A DNA stretch of 63,902 nucleotides, filler included, from Nemertoderma westbladi (Eukaryota; Animalia; Xenacoelomorpha): assembly GCA_032718475.1 (NCBI GenBank). It is 4 parts of 4 records of this genome, joined end to end, with 100 filler letters (N's around TTAATTAATTAA, not from the genome) between each part and the next. Parts side by side here need not be neighbours in the genome. Positions count along the whole stretch, not along the records: positions 18,028 to 39,546 come from JAUCBJ010005173.1; positions 39,647 to 55,124 come from JAUCBJ010005682.1; 2 more parts are not named here. One strand, given 5' to 3'. Each line of letters opens with the position of its first letter. Position 1 is the first letter of the stretch. The position numbers were made by a program, and so were the translations under genes. Positions 38,581 through 51,999 of the stretch are shown here, piece by piece. The notes beneath the pieces are model-generated. The model was not told the origin of the DNA. It made no database searches and saw only the letters and a program-made list of their open reading frames with translations.

Positions 38581-39546
38581 AATAGTTATTACATAATAAT
38601 TCTAATGTACTGTACTAATTATTGGTAATGAGAACAATAATAAGATATAAATTTTACCTGCTGCTGCTAGTGCACTGAATGTCCTGTCGAACTCCAGCTG
38701 TTTCTTCATCCATAGTATCACTCTCATTTCCAACCGCAACCCGTTTCTTTCCTCTGAATCGTGTTGCGATACCAATGGAATACCCATCTTGATCGCTAGC
38801 ACTTGCAATGTCCGAACCCTCACAGACAACGCGCTCCTCTATTGCCTTAGCTGCCAATAGATCATCTGAAAAATATTATTAACATTGAAATTTAGTCTAC
38901 AGTAATGTAATAATTATTATTTGATTTAATAATTATTAGATTGTTAGATATTCATATACGATGATCCTATCTAATTATCAGAATACTACCGTTAAAATAC
39001 CTTTCATGAGTTTCGAATAAATGTGCAAGGCCAAGATCCCCATTGCCCAACTGCAGTGTCACCAGCACGTAACGACTCCCTCAGCGCCTTGGATGCAAGT
39101 TTAGTGTTTATGGGATATGCTGATGTAAGTCCATCGGCCGACAACCATCCACTACATATTGTTGCAACTTCCTCAACGCCATCCGGGCCCGTGAAGATGA
39201 CAACACAATAAGCCATATGTACAGAATATATACAGAATATCGTATATAAACAGAATATCGAAATATTACAGTTAGTTCAGGTTTACCAATCAGACAGCAA
39301 TTTAATTAATGTATTACAAAAATTTAAGGAAATAAAAAAAACAATAAAACTGTTAATGCAATAATATCCATCACAGTTCAGTACCTACTTGTATTGCATG
39401 CATATATGTTCTTTAGGTAAGTAGATGCATTTACTAATAATGTGAATAATATAATAATAGTGTGAATACAGTAAACATTATACTGTAATATGCAAATTTA
39501 CTCAAATCCTATAATATAATCCTATAATAATACTGACAAATATAGT

Positions 39547-39646
39547 NNNNNNNNNNNNNNNNNNNNNNNNNNNNNNNNNNNNNNNNNNNNTTAATTAATT
39601 AANNNNNNNNNNNNNNNNNNNNNNNNNNNNNNNNNNNNNNNNNNNN
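39547..39646. other. Artificial contig linker
   Basis: N-TTAATTAATTAA-N. Confidence 0.97.
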
Positions 39647-41582
39647 TTACCTTCGGTATATCAAGAATATTGGGTTTCGGGGTTATTTATCGTTATTCCA
39701 AATATAATAATTCATCAACCATATTATGAAGAACTGACAGTAAATAGCAGTATAAAACAACAACTGAACACTGATTGTTATGAGTTTGCAATGTTTCAGC
39801 AGTCAGGATGTATGATCAGTCAGCAGCGATTAAAAGTCCGGTGCGGTGTGTCAGTTAAAGGATATATGTCCTTATAATTAAACCTACTAGTGTAAAACTA
39901 AAAACTGAAAACACGGAGGTGCCAAAAGCCGGTTCTTAGGCTCTGGGCAAAAACATAACACTGAACTACTGAGTTTCTGTATATACCTCCAACACAGAGA
40001 CAACAAACGCTCTGATTGGTCAACCTGAACAACGAGAGAACAAAGAAACAAAGAAACGTCGACGTGGCAATATCAGCTGCTAGCCGTCGTCATGGTAGCG
40101 ACACTGTTTCAAAGTATCCAGCTATTGCGTCACGAGATTGTGGATTATGTCCTCTAAAGTACAAATACAGTACAAATACATAAGAAATGACTTTTATGTC
40201 CTCTAAAACACCAGTACAGCAAGGACACGGCCTTTTTATGCCTGGCAAACCAACTACAGAGTACTTTAAGGGAAAATAACCGGCTAATTACGCAAAAGCT
40301 TTTACAGTAAATATTGTAATTAATAGGTTGGTTGCTTTTTTACCATACATTATTAAATAAATGTGAGATAATTAGTGCAGAACTCGTTTTGATAATATCG
40401 TAAACATTATATTACCACTGCACAAAAACGCGTTTTACACACCAGATCTTTAAAACATTACCTATATTCGCAAGCGAAAATAAGGGTTATCCCAGGCTAG
40501 ATAGAAGCCATGCAAGGTACCGGTAGCAATGCTAGAAGCGTCCTATTGGGTGATATTTTTAGATCCTTCCCCCTTTTCTTAAGTGCCAACACTCGCTCAG
40601 CCAAACAACCCAGGCAGCTCCATAGTCCATCATTGTTCCAATTCTTCCGGTAGGCTATCATTATGGACCTCCTAATTAGTTTCAAATTTGTTTCACTGAC
40701 ATACTTAACATTGTTCCAATTTATTAAGCTCCATAGCCCATCATTGTTCCAATTCTCCAGTAGACTATCATTACTGCATTATGGCCCTGCTAATTTGTTT
40801 CACTGGCATACTTAGCATTGAGGATAGGGACACCATTACGTGGCTCCTAATTTGTTTCAATTATGTTCCAATTTTGTTTCAACTAACAGAGACTTACTAG
40901 TGGCGTCAGTATGCGCGCGGGTGTTCCTGCCCAAGGGTTAAATAACCGGGAAAATAACTCTAACAATAGGGTAATAAGTGTGTTATTCTCCATTACCTTC
41001 ACTCACCTTTGGGTAATTTATTGCTAAGGCTTCAAATTTATCAAATCAAATTTATCTTACACTTCTGAAATATTAGTAAGATAAAGTTATATTAAAATTA
41101 TTTTGCAATTGATTACTAGATGGTTTACTGACATTAAAATTCGATATAATCAAAACATTTCTGTTCTGCTGCAACTATTTATCAGATATTCAAGAAATGT
41201 ATTTAACAATAATATACTTCGAATTCCTTTCCAAAAAATTTGGGATCGGGACCTGGTTTGTATTTTCCCTGGGTTCCCGATTTTTCGGGAACGGAATCGG
41301 GATCCTGTTTAAACACTAACAAAGATACATACAGAATCCTTTTACAGCAAGAAGTCCTAATGGCCTTCTTATACTTTAGTTGGGAAAGTTTTGATTTATA
41401 GAATAGAGAGAGAGATTAGAGTTAATGTTTTTTTGATATGTAATTAAATAATATTAAAATATTCATACTTCAAGCGGACATATATATATATATTATGTAT
41501 ATTCTTATTAAATATATATAAATAATACTATGTTTCCATGTTTAGTTTATTTTAATACTACAGCATGTCCTAAGTTAAATTC

Positions 41583-42715
41583 TTATTTTGAAGAACCAAA
41601 GTATATATTTATTGGGCCATTGATAGTAGCATTGCCGAAGACGGATTGAAGTTGCATGTATTGACTTATGTCAACATTTTTATTATGGTTGGTCACTGCT
41701 TGCCCTCCTCCATCACATTCCCCTGCCCCTGGGCATGATGCTGTTCCACCAGTAGATCCTCCACCTGCGCTAGCCAATGCATGAAATGGTCTGGCACCTG
41801 ATCGTTCTAAATCTACTATGCCACCAGATTCTAAAACTGATTTGCCACCAGATAGCTCTCCTGCACCCGAACCACCCGATGCAAGAACTGCCCCACCTGA
41901 AATCAGATTAGATACAACATTACTAATTTCAAATTGGCTGAACTCTGTTGGACGTATGTAGGTGGTTGTAGTGCTCAGGTATTTGTGGCCCAATTTTAGT
42001 TGCGCGTAGCTAGACGGGATATTCTTATCAACAATGGCCTGGGCTACACTCTTTCGATAACTCATGGTGGTTAGTTTACTCCTGTCTTTATTGACACCGC
42101 CTGCGTCAGTTAATCGTTTTACTATAGTATTAAAATTGTTCTTTCCTGTTAGTTGTTTGCAAAACCACTCTGATAGGACTCCTCCACATTTGCCTTCTTT
42201 GGGCTTCATCCAATATCTAGCCTTTTTGGATCTACTATACCTGTTGGAAACCGTTTAGACAAGTAGATATCATGGAGGGTGACAGGACAAATGCTCCTGT
42301 TCTCCACTACTTCATATGCTTTATTTGAAACTGCTCTTCTGTTTCTCCCTGCCATTCCACTCTCTGTCATGGTCCTCCTCTCATTGAATTTTAAGAAGTA
42401 GCTATTCTCCTTGTGACAATAAGTTTCTCTATATCGCCAATTAGCATCTGGCTCATCACTTCCCCTGCTCTCGTCCCGAAATGAGTAACTAAAATGAGGT
42501 AAAGTGTGTCCCTTAACTTGACAGGTGTGTCAGTTCCCAACAAGTTTCTGTCTATCATGGCTTTAAAATCAACTTCATACAATGGATCAGATGCATTGGG
42601 AAAATTTCCTTTTCCATCCACTTTCAATGAAAGCGGATGATCCAATGCATCTGATCCTTTCAATTGGCTCATTCGCAATCTAAAAATATCCTTCGTGGCA
42701 TGAAATGATGGCAGT
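41583..42715 (-). pseudogene. Crypton-type tyrosine recombinase (DUF3504-like), frameshifted and 5'-truncated
   Basis: LG.DTP..L..T.Y.....HFGTRAGE (catalytic R), WF.KQ..GKN....IVK, S.RKS, GHK.......Y motifs. Confidence 0.75.
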
Positions 42716-45700
42716 TTAAGTACGACACCAGCTGGAAATCTCGACCGAAATTCTATCTAATGGCATCTCCATGTCATCATCAAGGTTTAGGTCTTCGACT
42801 ATCTTGATTAGTTGAGTCGCCGTCGTAGACTTCATGAATGACGGTATTAGCTCCTGTAGTTGTAGTTGCTTCGGACAATCTTCTAGAAATCGGTCTTGCA
42901 ACTGACCAATAAGTTCGTCAAGCCAAGGAATATAGACGTTGAGTCGGAAGTACTCCTCAGCACCTGATGCAGGGATGTTACCACGTTGGGTTTGGTGGCC
43001 AACAACTCGGGGAGGCATTAAATCAATACCACCAAGTACTTCAGCTGTCTTAATAGCCTTGGCATAGATAACACCAAAGCTAGCAGCACTCTCGTTTCGC
43101 AGTTTCTGGAGGTCTGCCACAATATCTTTTATATGAGTATATGCTGAGGCTATGTTTATTGATGGGTCTTGTAGGGCTTCACTAACACCTATGAATGAAG
43201 GAAAATAGTTTATAGATATAGATATATATATATAGATTTTACATAGCAACAAGGAAACTACACTGAAAAAACGATATGTTGGTTTTTTATTAAGACCAAG
43301 AGTTTATAAAATAAACCAAATAAAATATATAAAATAAATAATATAATATAATATAATATAATATAAATAAATAATATAATATAAAATAAATATAAATAAA
43401 ACCTCAGTTTAATATAAAAATCCTATAGTTTTTCTCGAAATGTGATACAATGGAATTAATTTTACTTATTGGAATTCTGCACAACGGAAAACAAATAGTT
43501 TAAAAATATATAACTATATTGTATGTAGTTATATTAATTAGTAAAATATAGTAACTAACCCACTGTAAGAGCCAGAGATGCAGAGGCAATTTCAATTGCA
43601 ATTATGAAGCTGGATGTTTGCATGGCCGACAGTAGATTCGCTGCCTCTGGTCTAGCTTCCCTTGATCCGGTCTCCGAAACCCAGGATAGCACCCCAATAA
43701 CAGCAGGAAGCAACTCCTTAAAGACGAGGACTGCGTCATGGCGATCAACCCAGCATGTTGGACAAAGAAGTTTGAGTCTATTTTGGCGAGACTTTGTTAG
43801 TTTGCCACTAGCTCGCATCGACAAGACAACATCCTCCATCTTCTTTATACGCTGAGGAGAAGCCTTTATGAAGGTACATACCTTCTGTAGTGTACCCATC
43901 GCATTACGGACCTCTCGTTGCTCAGCTGAATGAGTTAGTGCAAGGTTTAATCTGAAAGAGATGTATAAATAATAATAATTTATTCCTTTTGAATATTTTG
44001 TAACATTGAACATTTATTTATTCCTCTATTTAAAATAATGTTCAATTATAATATAATATACCTACTATAGTATAACATAATAATTAGTAATTGTAATAGT
44101 ACTCAAGATGCGAATTTTATAACTAGCTATATTTATTGCACCTGAATGTTACAACGTTTTGAATGTCCTCATTGCCATTCACAACAACGATACTGAATAT
44201 TTTTGATACATTTAAATTTAAATAAGTGAGGCTATAAGATATTTTTTTAGGTTTTTTTGCAAAGGAACATTTTGAAGTCTGTGTTTAAATTTCCTCTGGT
44301 AAATTATTATAATAAGAAGAATATTATATTCTATATATATATACTCTATAATATATATATTATTATAACAGAATATTATAGTAATATTCTGTAACCGATG
44401 GATGGATATTAGAGAGATAATTAAGAGGATCATGTAGGATAATTAATTCCCATGAATACAGAGTACTGAAAGTAGACCGCGGTACCTACTGACCTATATA
44501 TATATTATATATTTATTTATTAGACAAAGTTACAGTACCTGTGATTAAAGCAATGAATGTAAACTGCTAGTGGTTGAGTTTCCTTCAATATGGATTGGCA
44601 ACCTTTCATGTGTCCACGCATTGCTCCAGCACCATCATAGCATTGGGCACGACAGTTTTCAAAACTTAAACCAAGTCTTGAAAGTTCATCAAGAACGAGT
44701 TTCGCCAACCCAGCCCCTGTGACATCAAGGGCCTCTATAAACCCAATAAAATCTTCATGGATACCCCCATCAGCATCAACGTAACGAATTACCATAGATG
44801 CCTGCTCCTTGCTACTCACATCGGCAGTTTTGTCTATCGAAATTGAATAGAATTTCGCTTCTTTAACAGCAGTGGAGATTTTATTCTGAATTATGACTTT
44901 AGTGCAGTCAATTAATTCGTTCTGGGTAGTCTTCGAAGTCATAGTGGCGTTTGCCTTCGCTTCATTTATAAAACTGCCCAGAACCTCATCTCCCGCATCA
45001 ACATGAAATCTGAGAAGAGAACGAAATATTCCTTCCTCTCTTTCCGCACTTATAGCACCATCTCTGTCTCCTTCAATGTCAAGTGCCCCATCATCTCTAT
45101 GACCACGGAGTGGGAGATTGTGGCGTCCGCAAAACTGCACAGTTTTTATTATGGGCGTTAAACGTGCTCAATTTTCTCTAATTAAATGGGCCCGTTCTGC
45201 ATCTAGACGATTTTGTATCGAGTGCTCAGGATTCGACATTACATCTTTAAATCCCGCAGCCCTCTCAACACTTTCCTTGTGGTAACCCGACCTCTCATGT
45301 GTCTGTAGCTGTTCTAGCGCCTTCTTATATCTGCACAGAGGTTCGGCCACCAGTAATCCCAATTCCTGATGACTACCCTTACCAACTTTCCGCTTGTCAC
45401 CAACTCCACTGAACAGAACACAGGGGGCGCACAAAAGCACCTTGGTAGTGCTTTCTGTACCCCAACCAAGGAAACCTACTTATCCAACCAACTTGGAAGC
45501 AGCGTTTCTGTTTGCCCTCACATACAGCAGGGAAAGAATAACCGTGCTGCGGCTTCCATCGATCATCCAGTAAGACCATCTTCTCACCATCTGTCAGGTG
45601 CTTATTAGTAAGCGCGTACCCAATATCCTGTTTATCGAACCCTGGACTCTCTAACACTGCCATTCCACTATCAGTTTCCACACTAATGTCTTGTGGCTGC

Positions 45701-46290
45701 TGCACAGCACTTGTGGATTCTATTTGCTCCACACGTGCAGACTTTTCAGCAGCACCGAAAAAGTCCATTAAAGTCCGCTTCATGATTAGGGTACAGAATT
45801 AATGCGGTAACAATGATAACAGGAAATAATTAACAGATGAAATAACCTGAGCCAGCAGTGGTACAGTCACAGTCTGACAGTGTACAGACATAGAATTTAC
45901 TGATTTACAATTATTTACAGTAGGCCTACCAATACCATACTGCCATACCGTTACAGTTTTGGTGTATGTGTTGACAGTGTTGTGTATTACAGTAAGCTAC
46001 CATATTACTGTATTACCTGCTAAACTGAAACATTTTAAAGTTCACACTGTCATGCAGACTGTAATGGCTGATTGCGGTACCGGTAGTACTACTGTCAGAC
46101 ATTTAGTGTGAATATGTTACTACAAATATGTAAGGGAAATTAATTTATGAATAAAGAATAAACTCGGGAACTCTGCAGTAGCAGTACATTGGCTGGCAGC
46201 ATCTGCGTCAGGTTTAGAGTGATAAAATTTCGGGGGGGGGGGCTTGAGCCCCCTAGCCCCCCCCCCCCCCCCCCCTTGGATCCGCCCCTG
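42716..46290 (-). mobile_element. hAT transposon, 3'-truncated, with an intron-containing ZMYM1/PRKRIR-like transposase pseudogene
   Basis: Terminus CAGGGGCGGATCCA at 46290; TTF Zn finger, LPLRGHRD, SKTTQNELI, D.TADVS..EQ, CYDGAGAM, HCFNHRLNL, WVDRHDA; GT-AG introns ~43953-44538 and ~43189-43559. Confidence 0.88.
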
Positions 46291-46585
46291 TATACCACCT
46301 GTATCTACCACCCTCCGTGAACGCAAATTAAGATTCAGTCGGCACTGCTGGGGAAGTAAAGGCGAGGTCATAACAGATCTACTTTTCTGGCAACCAACAC
46401 ATGGAAAGCGTACCCATGGACGACCGGCTATAACATATATAGACCAGCTTGAAAAGGATACTGAACTTGAGAGAAACGAAATTGTGACAACTATGGAGAA
46501 TCAGGAAGCCTGGAAGGATCTCATATCCAATTGTTGTGTGCCCCAGCCCCAAGATCAAATTTATCATTAGAACTACTAGTACTAG
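46291..46585 (+). mobile_element. 3' fragment of an RTE-type LINE
   Basis: LRERKLRFSRHCW...LLFWQPTHGKRTHGRPAITYIDQL. Confidence 0.8.
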
Positions 46586-46784
46586 GTCGAGCGAACTCGG
46601 ACATTGGTTACAACATTCAATACTACCTACCACATAGACCTGAGGCACACCTATTAATTCTAACCATATTATGTTCCTATTTCAATACACGAAACTTTAT
46701 AGACAGAGTTAAATAAGAATGGGAGTAATTCGACAAATGTCCATGGGCTTAACCGATTATTTCATAAAGAAACACTGGGGGGTG

Positions 46785-48370
46785 TATGCTGGCCCATTAG
46801 AGCCACTACATTTTATTTATTAATTTTTGCGTGAATTAAATTTCATTTCATTTAATGTTAATTTTTAAATCAAGTACAATTAAAAAAACATTAAATTTAC
46901 TTTCACTTTCGTTTCCAATTAGTTTTACTTTTACTTTCACTTTCGTTTTATTTTTAGTTTTACTTTCACTTTCGTTTTAATTTTAGTTTTACTTTCTCTT
47001 TCATTTTAATATTAGTTTTAGTTTTACATTCACTTTCGATTTCATTTTAGTTTTACTTTAACTATAACTTTCGTTTTCATTTCATTTTCGATTTTTGCAC
47101 ACGGCCCATTACAGTCACCCTATTAGCCAAGGACTACGGCGGCCACCTTTTACCCTTACAATCAATTACAGGCTGTGGCTCCAATGAGCCATGCAAGGCA
47201 GCCCAGTACAGCCATCGATTTTCGAAGAGAAACTTAAAACTGATTTTTGCAGGTGGCCCATGGCGGTCATTTCCCTATGATGGGACTAGGAGAGCCAGAC
47301 TGACAGAGAGAAGTCACAGCCTAGGCCTAACCCATACACCAGCAACAATCCAGCATTGTGACATTACAGCATTCTGCAAGAGTTTTGAAAACCACACAAT
47401 TTGTCGTGACTGTCACGAGATAGCAACCACATCAGGCCATCGGACTGAAACGGGGTCAAATGAGGTTTTTTCCTATTCTCTAATCTTCTAGCCTCCAAAA
47501 TGTCTGGGGCAATGTCCCCCATTATTTGGTATACAAGAGACCGTGGCACCTTGATTCCATGGAAAGTCCGTAATTTCAAATGTAAGGCCCGATACCCGAG
47601 ATCCCTTCCTGGTCCATCCAGTTCTTTGATTACTACAGTGTTCCTTACACTCTCTAAAGTAGTGTTGTAAGTAATGTAATTAATTTCAAAAAACGAAGTC
47701 TTCTATCAAGTGATTTCAAAGATGGGTAAGTGTCAAATTCCTTTGTAAGACTAACTAGAATATCCTTTCGTTTCCAGTTCAGCGCTACTATGTCCGTCAT
47801 CCTTCGTTTGAGAACATGGTCATTTTGCCATGCCATAATGAATAAATGAAATAGGCCTAAACCAATGATCTAAACTAAAGCAGTAAAATGCCTTACAGCA
47901 AGCCAATTCAGCAATATTCAGTAGGCCTAGTAGTACTGGGCTGCCTTGCATGGCATGGCCCATTAGAGCCACAGCCTGTAATTGATTGTAAGGGTAAAAG
48001 GTGGCCGCCGTAGTCCTTGGCTAATAGGGTGACTGTAATGGGCCGTGTGCAAAAATCGAAAATGAAATGAAAACGAAAGTTAAAGTAAAACTAAAATGAA
48101 ATCGAAAGTGAATGTAAAACTAAAATTAAAACGAAAGAGAAAGTAAAACTAAAATTAAAACGAAAGAGAAAGTAAAACTAAAACGAAAGTGAAAGTAAAA
48201 CTAAAAATAAAACGAAAGTGAAAGTAAAACTAATTGGAAACAAAAGTGAAAGTAAATTTAATGTTTTTTTTTAAATTGTACTTGATTTAAATAATAACAT
48301 TAAATTAAATGAAATTTTATTCACGCAAAAATTAATAAATAAAATGTAGTGGGTCTAATGGGCCACCATA
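46785..48370 (-). mobile_element. IS3EU-type DNA transposon, internally deleted
   Basis: TATG...CATA termini, ~430-bp TIRs, 6-bp TSD GGGGTG on both sides; transposase remnant ELDGPGRDLGYRALH...VPRSLVY...D.HDKLCG (47364-47836). Confidence 0.85.
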
Positions 48371-49081
48371 GGGGTGGCTTCTTGAATTGACATATGTGCC
48401 TTAAATGCTGTGCCCATTACTTAAGATATATGAAATGCTTGATGAAAAAATGATCATTAAGATTGTGTATTTTTTTATTTTTTTATTTCATTGTTCTACC
48501 TACCACTTTGGATAAGTTGCCAAATGGTAAAAAAAATTAACCTACCTACTAGTACCACAACCACCCTACTGACTACCACTATGTCTGCACCTGTCCATGC
48601 TGCCTGATTAAATGTCTTCTACTTGTACTGGTTGGTATAACAGCAGGTTCTACGCCCCTGAATTCCCCCTGTGAGGGAATTCAGTCTGGCAGGACTGAAT
48701 CCACTAGCAGATCCACTCCAGGGGGTGGTGGTACTGAAGGGTAAAGAATCTGCTTTTAGGTTACACTGGTAAAGCGCTGTTTATACTTTGTCTTTAGACA
48801 TCATCAGACACATCTGCGTCAGACATCATCACACATGCTTCAGTGTCTGATGTCTGTGGCGTCTGTGACATGTCTGATAGTGTCTGCCACAGACACACCA
48901 CAGACATGTTCACCAATGTCTGTGGCGTTTTATAAATGGTTAAAAAAATATGTCTGATATATATCACTGATATCAGACACAAAGAGGATCGCAACATGAT
49001 TAGTTATTACCCGATAACAGTATTTATTTTGTATATTCACTATTCAGGTATTCGTAGATAAGTACTATACTGGTACGAACA

Positions 49082-49750
49082 ATGGAACAACTAAATGAAC
49101 TAATAAATCAATGAAGTCAAGAAGTATCTGTGCATTTATGTGTTGACTTCAAAGGACTAAAGATGCACTGATGAAGCGCGATGCATGGGGGCAGATTGTG
49201 CAAACGTTAGATCAGACTGATATCGATGGTGAGAGTGTAAAAAAGAAATGCAATCTGCTACGAGATGCGTTCCGCAGAACGAAGAAGTCAAAGGAGCTTG
49301 TGGAGTAATCAGGAACAGGGAGATCCAAAGAGGTAACATGGAAATACTTTGACCAAATTATGTTTATGGATGACTACATTCAGCCAAATAAAATCGTGTC
49401 TAATGACTTCATCGATACTATATCTGAAGAAGAGGGTGGGTCTGATCTTGGTGAGATAGATTATACACCAAATCATCATCGCAAGACACGGGTAAAGCTA
49501 TTAATACTTGATGCTATTATTAAGGATAGAGAAGATGAAAATGACAAAGACGTATTATTTGGAAAATCTATCGCGCAAGTCTGAAGCGAATGAATCCATA
49601 CAAGAGGGGGCTAGCTAAAGTACAAATACAGCGAATCATCTTTGAGATGGATTATGGAGGTGTATCAGGTGATCCTAGTCAAGTTTATATCCCTCAGATA
49701 AATCCAGATGGGGTGAATCTTACTGGATTCTCTAATCAGTGTACAGGGTA
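49082..49750 (+). pseudogene. MADF/Myb-like DNA-binding protein with a BESS-like C-terminus (Harbinger ORF2)
   Basis: LIINEVKKY, KRDAW, LRDAF, WKYFDQIMFM, D.D.LFGKSIA..LKRM....R.LAK.QIQ.IIFE across frameshifts. Confidence 0.7.
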
Positions 49751-50309
49751 GATCATTTTCTGCACCACCAAATCAATTTCTGTAAACTATTATGGAGAAG
49801 GAAATCAAAATCAATATACTGAATTGTAAGAGGACTTGAAATAATTGAACTGTACATGATTTAAAGTTTATTGGTCTATCCACTTGCGAGTATGTGATGT
49901 GAAGTCCTGTGCCTTTTGTTCTGGTTAATTAAGAAATAGTTGAAAATCTGGTTAGTCACATTCGATTTTTTATTTTCCGATTTAACCCTTATTTGTACTT
50001 ACCAAAATTACTCTATTAAACTTAACCTTATATTTACCAAAACTAAAGTATTTATGGAATTTGTTAACTTATGTACTGAAGAAACTTGAACTGGAATTGA
50101 ACAGATAATTAATCTATAAATGAAATTTATCAGGAATTAAAACTGATAATAAATAATTCTAACTGAAATCAAAAATGTAAAAATACTTTATGAAAAGTAT
50201 ATTAATTAATATACTGTAACGCTGTAGTATAATTAGTCCCCTTTACTATATATCACATAGAACACTACTATAACAAGAACTGGACAGCATTCATTAATTT
50301 AATAATTAA

Positions 50310-51200
50310 TTCTATCGCTTAATAATGTAACAATTTCATCTTGCCAGTTAACTTTTCCACTCCATTAAAGAAGGACCTAAAGGTTTCCCTAATTTCCATG
50401 GCCTTGTACGAACTCTTTTTTGCAGTGGACGTTTCAACACTTGGCAATGTAACATGTTCAAGATCTGATCGCCAATTTCCGGGAACAACTGCACTGTTAT
50501 CATCCTCAGTGTCTGCAAAGAGTGCAGGAATATATAGGCTGTTGTCTCAATCATATCCATGGTGCGCCAAAAAATTGTGCAACATGAAACTCGATTTCAC
50601 TACTGTATAGCAAGATGTATGATGGTAGATGTGTGAGCTTCAATCGGTTTCAGTAAAACTCTCCACCTTGCACTCAAAATTCCAAAGGCATTTTCTATTA
50701 TTCTTCTAGCTCGACTGAGTCGATAGTTGAAAACTTTATTTTCGTAGCAGGACTGCTTTCCTGAAAAGGGTCGCATAATATTAACATGCAAGGGAAATGC
50801 ATCATCAGTGACTAAGACGAAAGGGGCCTCTAAATTACTTCCTGGTAAAGTACAAGTGCCCAGTAGATCAACATTATTATCTTCAAACATTTGCCCAAAT
50901 TTTGCCAAAGAAAATGTCCCACCATAACTAAAACTGCCACCAATGTCTACAAATGTAAATTTATAGTTGGAATCTGCGATAGCCATGATAACAACAGAGT
51001 GGTGCCTTTGTAGTTATAATAGAGAGAACCACATTTGGTTGGAGCTTTAATAGCCATGTGTTTGCCATCCAGGGCTCCAATGCAGTTCAGAGATAGCCAA
51101 AATTCCCAAAACCCGTCAGCGATCAATTTCAATTGTGTAGCACTTGATGGGGGTCTAATGTACTCTCCTTAAGTGAGGTCCATAATGACTTGACATGCAT
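50310..51200 (-). pseudogene. Harbinger DDE transposase (HARBI1-like)
   Basis: CIGALDGKH, YYNYKG, ADSNYKFTFVDIG, DDAFPL, FNYRLSRARRIIENAFGILSARWR. Confidence 0.9.
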
Positions 51201-51999
51201 TCGGGCTTTCTTAATATTGGGTTCAGTGTCGAATATTGACCAAAGTAATGTCGCTTTCTTCTGATGGCATTGACATAGTAACGCCTTTTACGGCGCTTAT
51301 ATTTACATCGCAAATGCAACCAAATTAATAGCTTTGTGTTTTCATATTAAGCTAACATTTGCAATTTTAACAATACAAATTTTTGTTGTTGAAATAAATT
51401 ATTATTCACCTAAAGTAGAGACAAATGAAATGATCCTGTCTGAGACAAATACCTTCTCGTATAAACACTAATGTCTGATGTCTGCCAAATGTCTGTGTCC
51501 AGCAAATGTCTGATAATGTCTCTCATCAGACATCACCGTCTTTTAGACGCACAAGATTTACCGCACAATAAGACATGCAATTATAAATTGAATAATACAT
51601 ATAATAATAATTGTGAAATACTGGAAGTAAATAAAATAATAATAACTACAGTATATGGTGTTCATGGTATCATGCATGCAATGTGCAGATGGTGGACAGA
51701 CGGGTAGTCCCATTACACTATCCACCATTAAGAATAAAAAAAATATATAAAGAGCTACTGTATGTAAAAATTTCTAAGTACTGAACCTACTAATTACTAA
51801 GTACTGAACCTACTAATTACTAAGTACTGACACTGGACTGCAAAATTTAAGTTGAAGTTAAAGTTGGAAGTTTACTAAATCAAATAATGCTTTATGATAC
51901 TAGACTAAAATAAGCTGACAACTATCCTACTGTTGTAGTGTATGCATGCATGCTAAATTGATACTGCAAAATATTTATTATTATAATGTATATGTATAA

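Larger units (their letters stand above)
35652..39216 (-). pseudogene. Multi-exon gene remnant resembling transposon-associated DUF4806/BEN-type accessory ORFs
   Basis: Putative exons ~39001-39216 (MAYCVVIF...GW...YP...W..WPC), 38657-38866, ~37450-37931, ~37104-37200, ~35652-35760; GT/AG borders seen on several; stop or frame break in the first exon. Confidence 0.45.
48772..51550. mobile_element. PIF/Harbinger transposon, decayed; right end approximate
   Basis: Convergent MADF/BESS-like ORF and DDE transposase; CAGACATC/GATGTCTG subterminal repeats at both ends. Confidence 0.8.
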
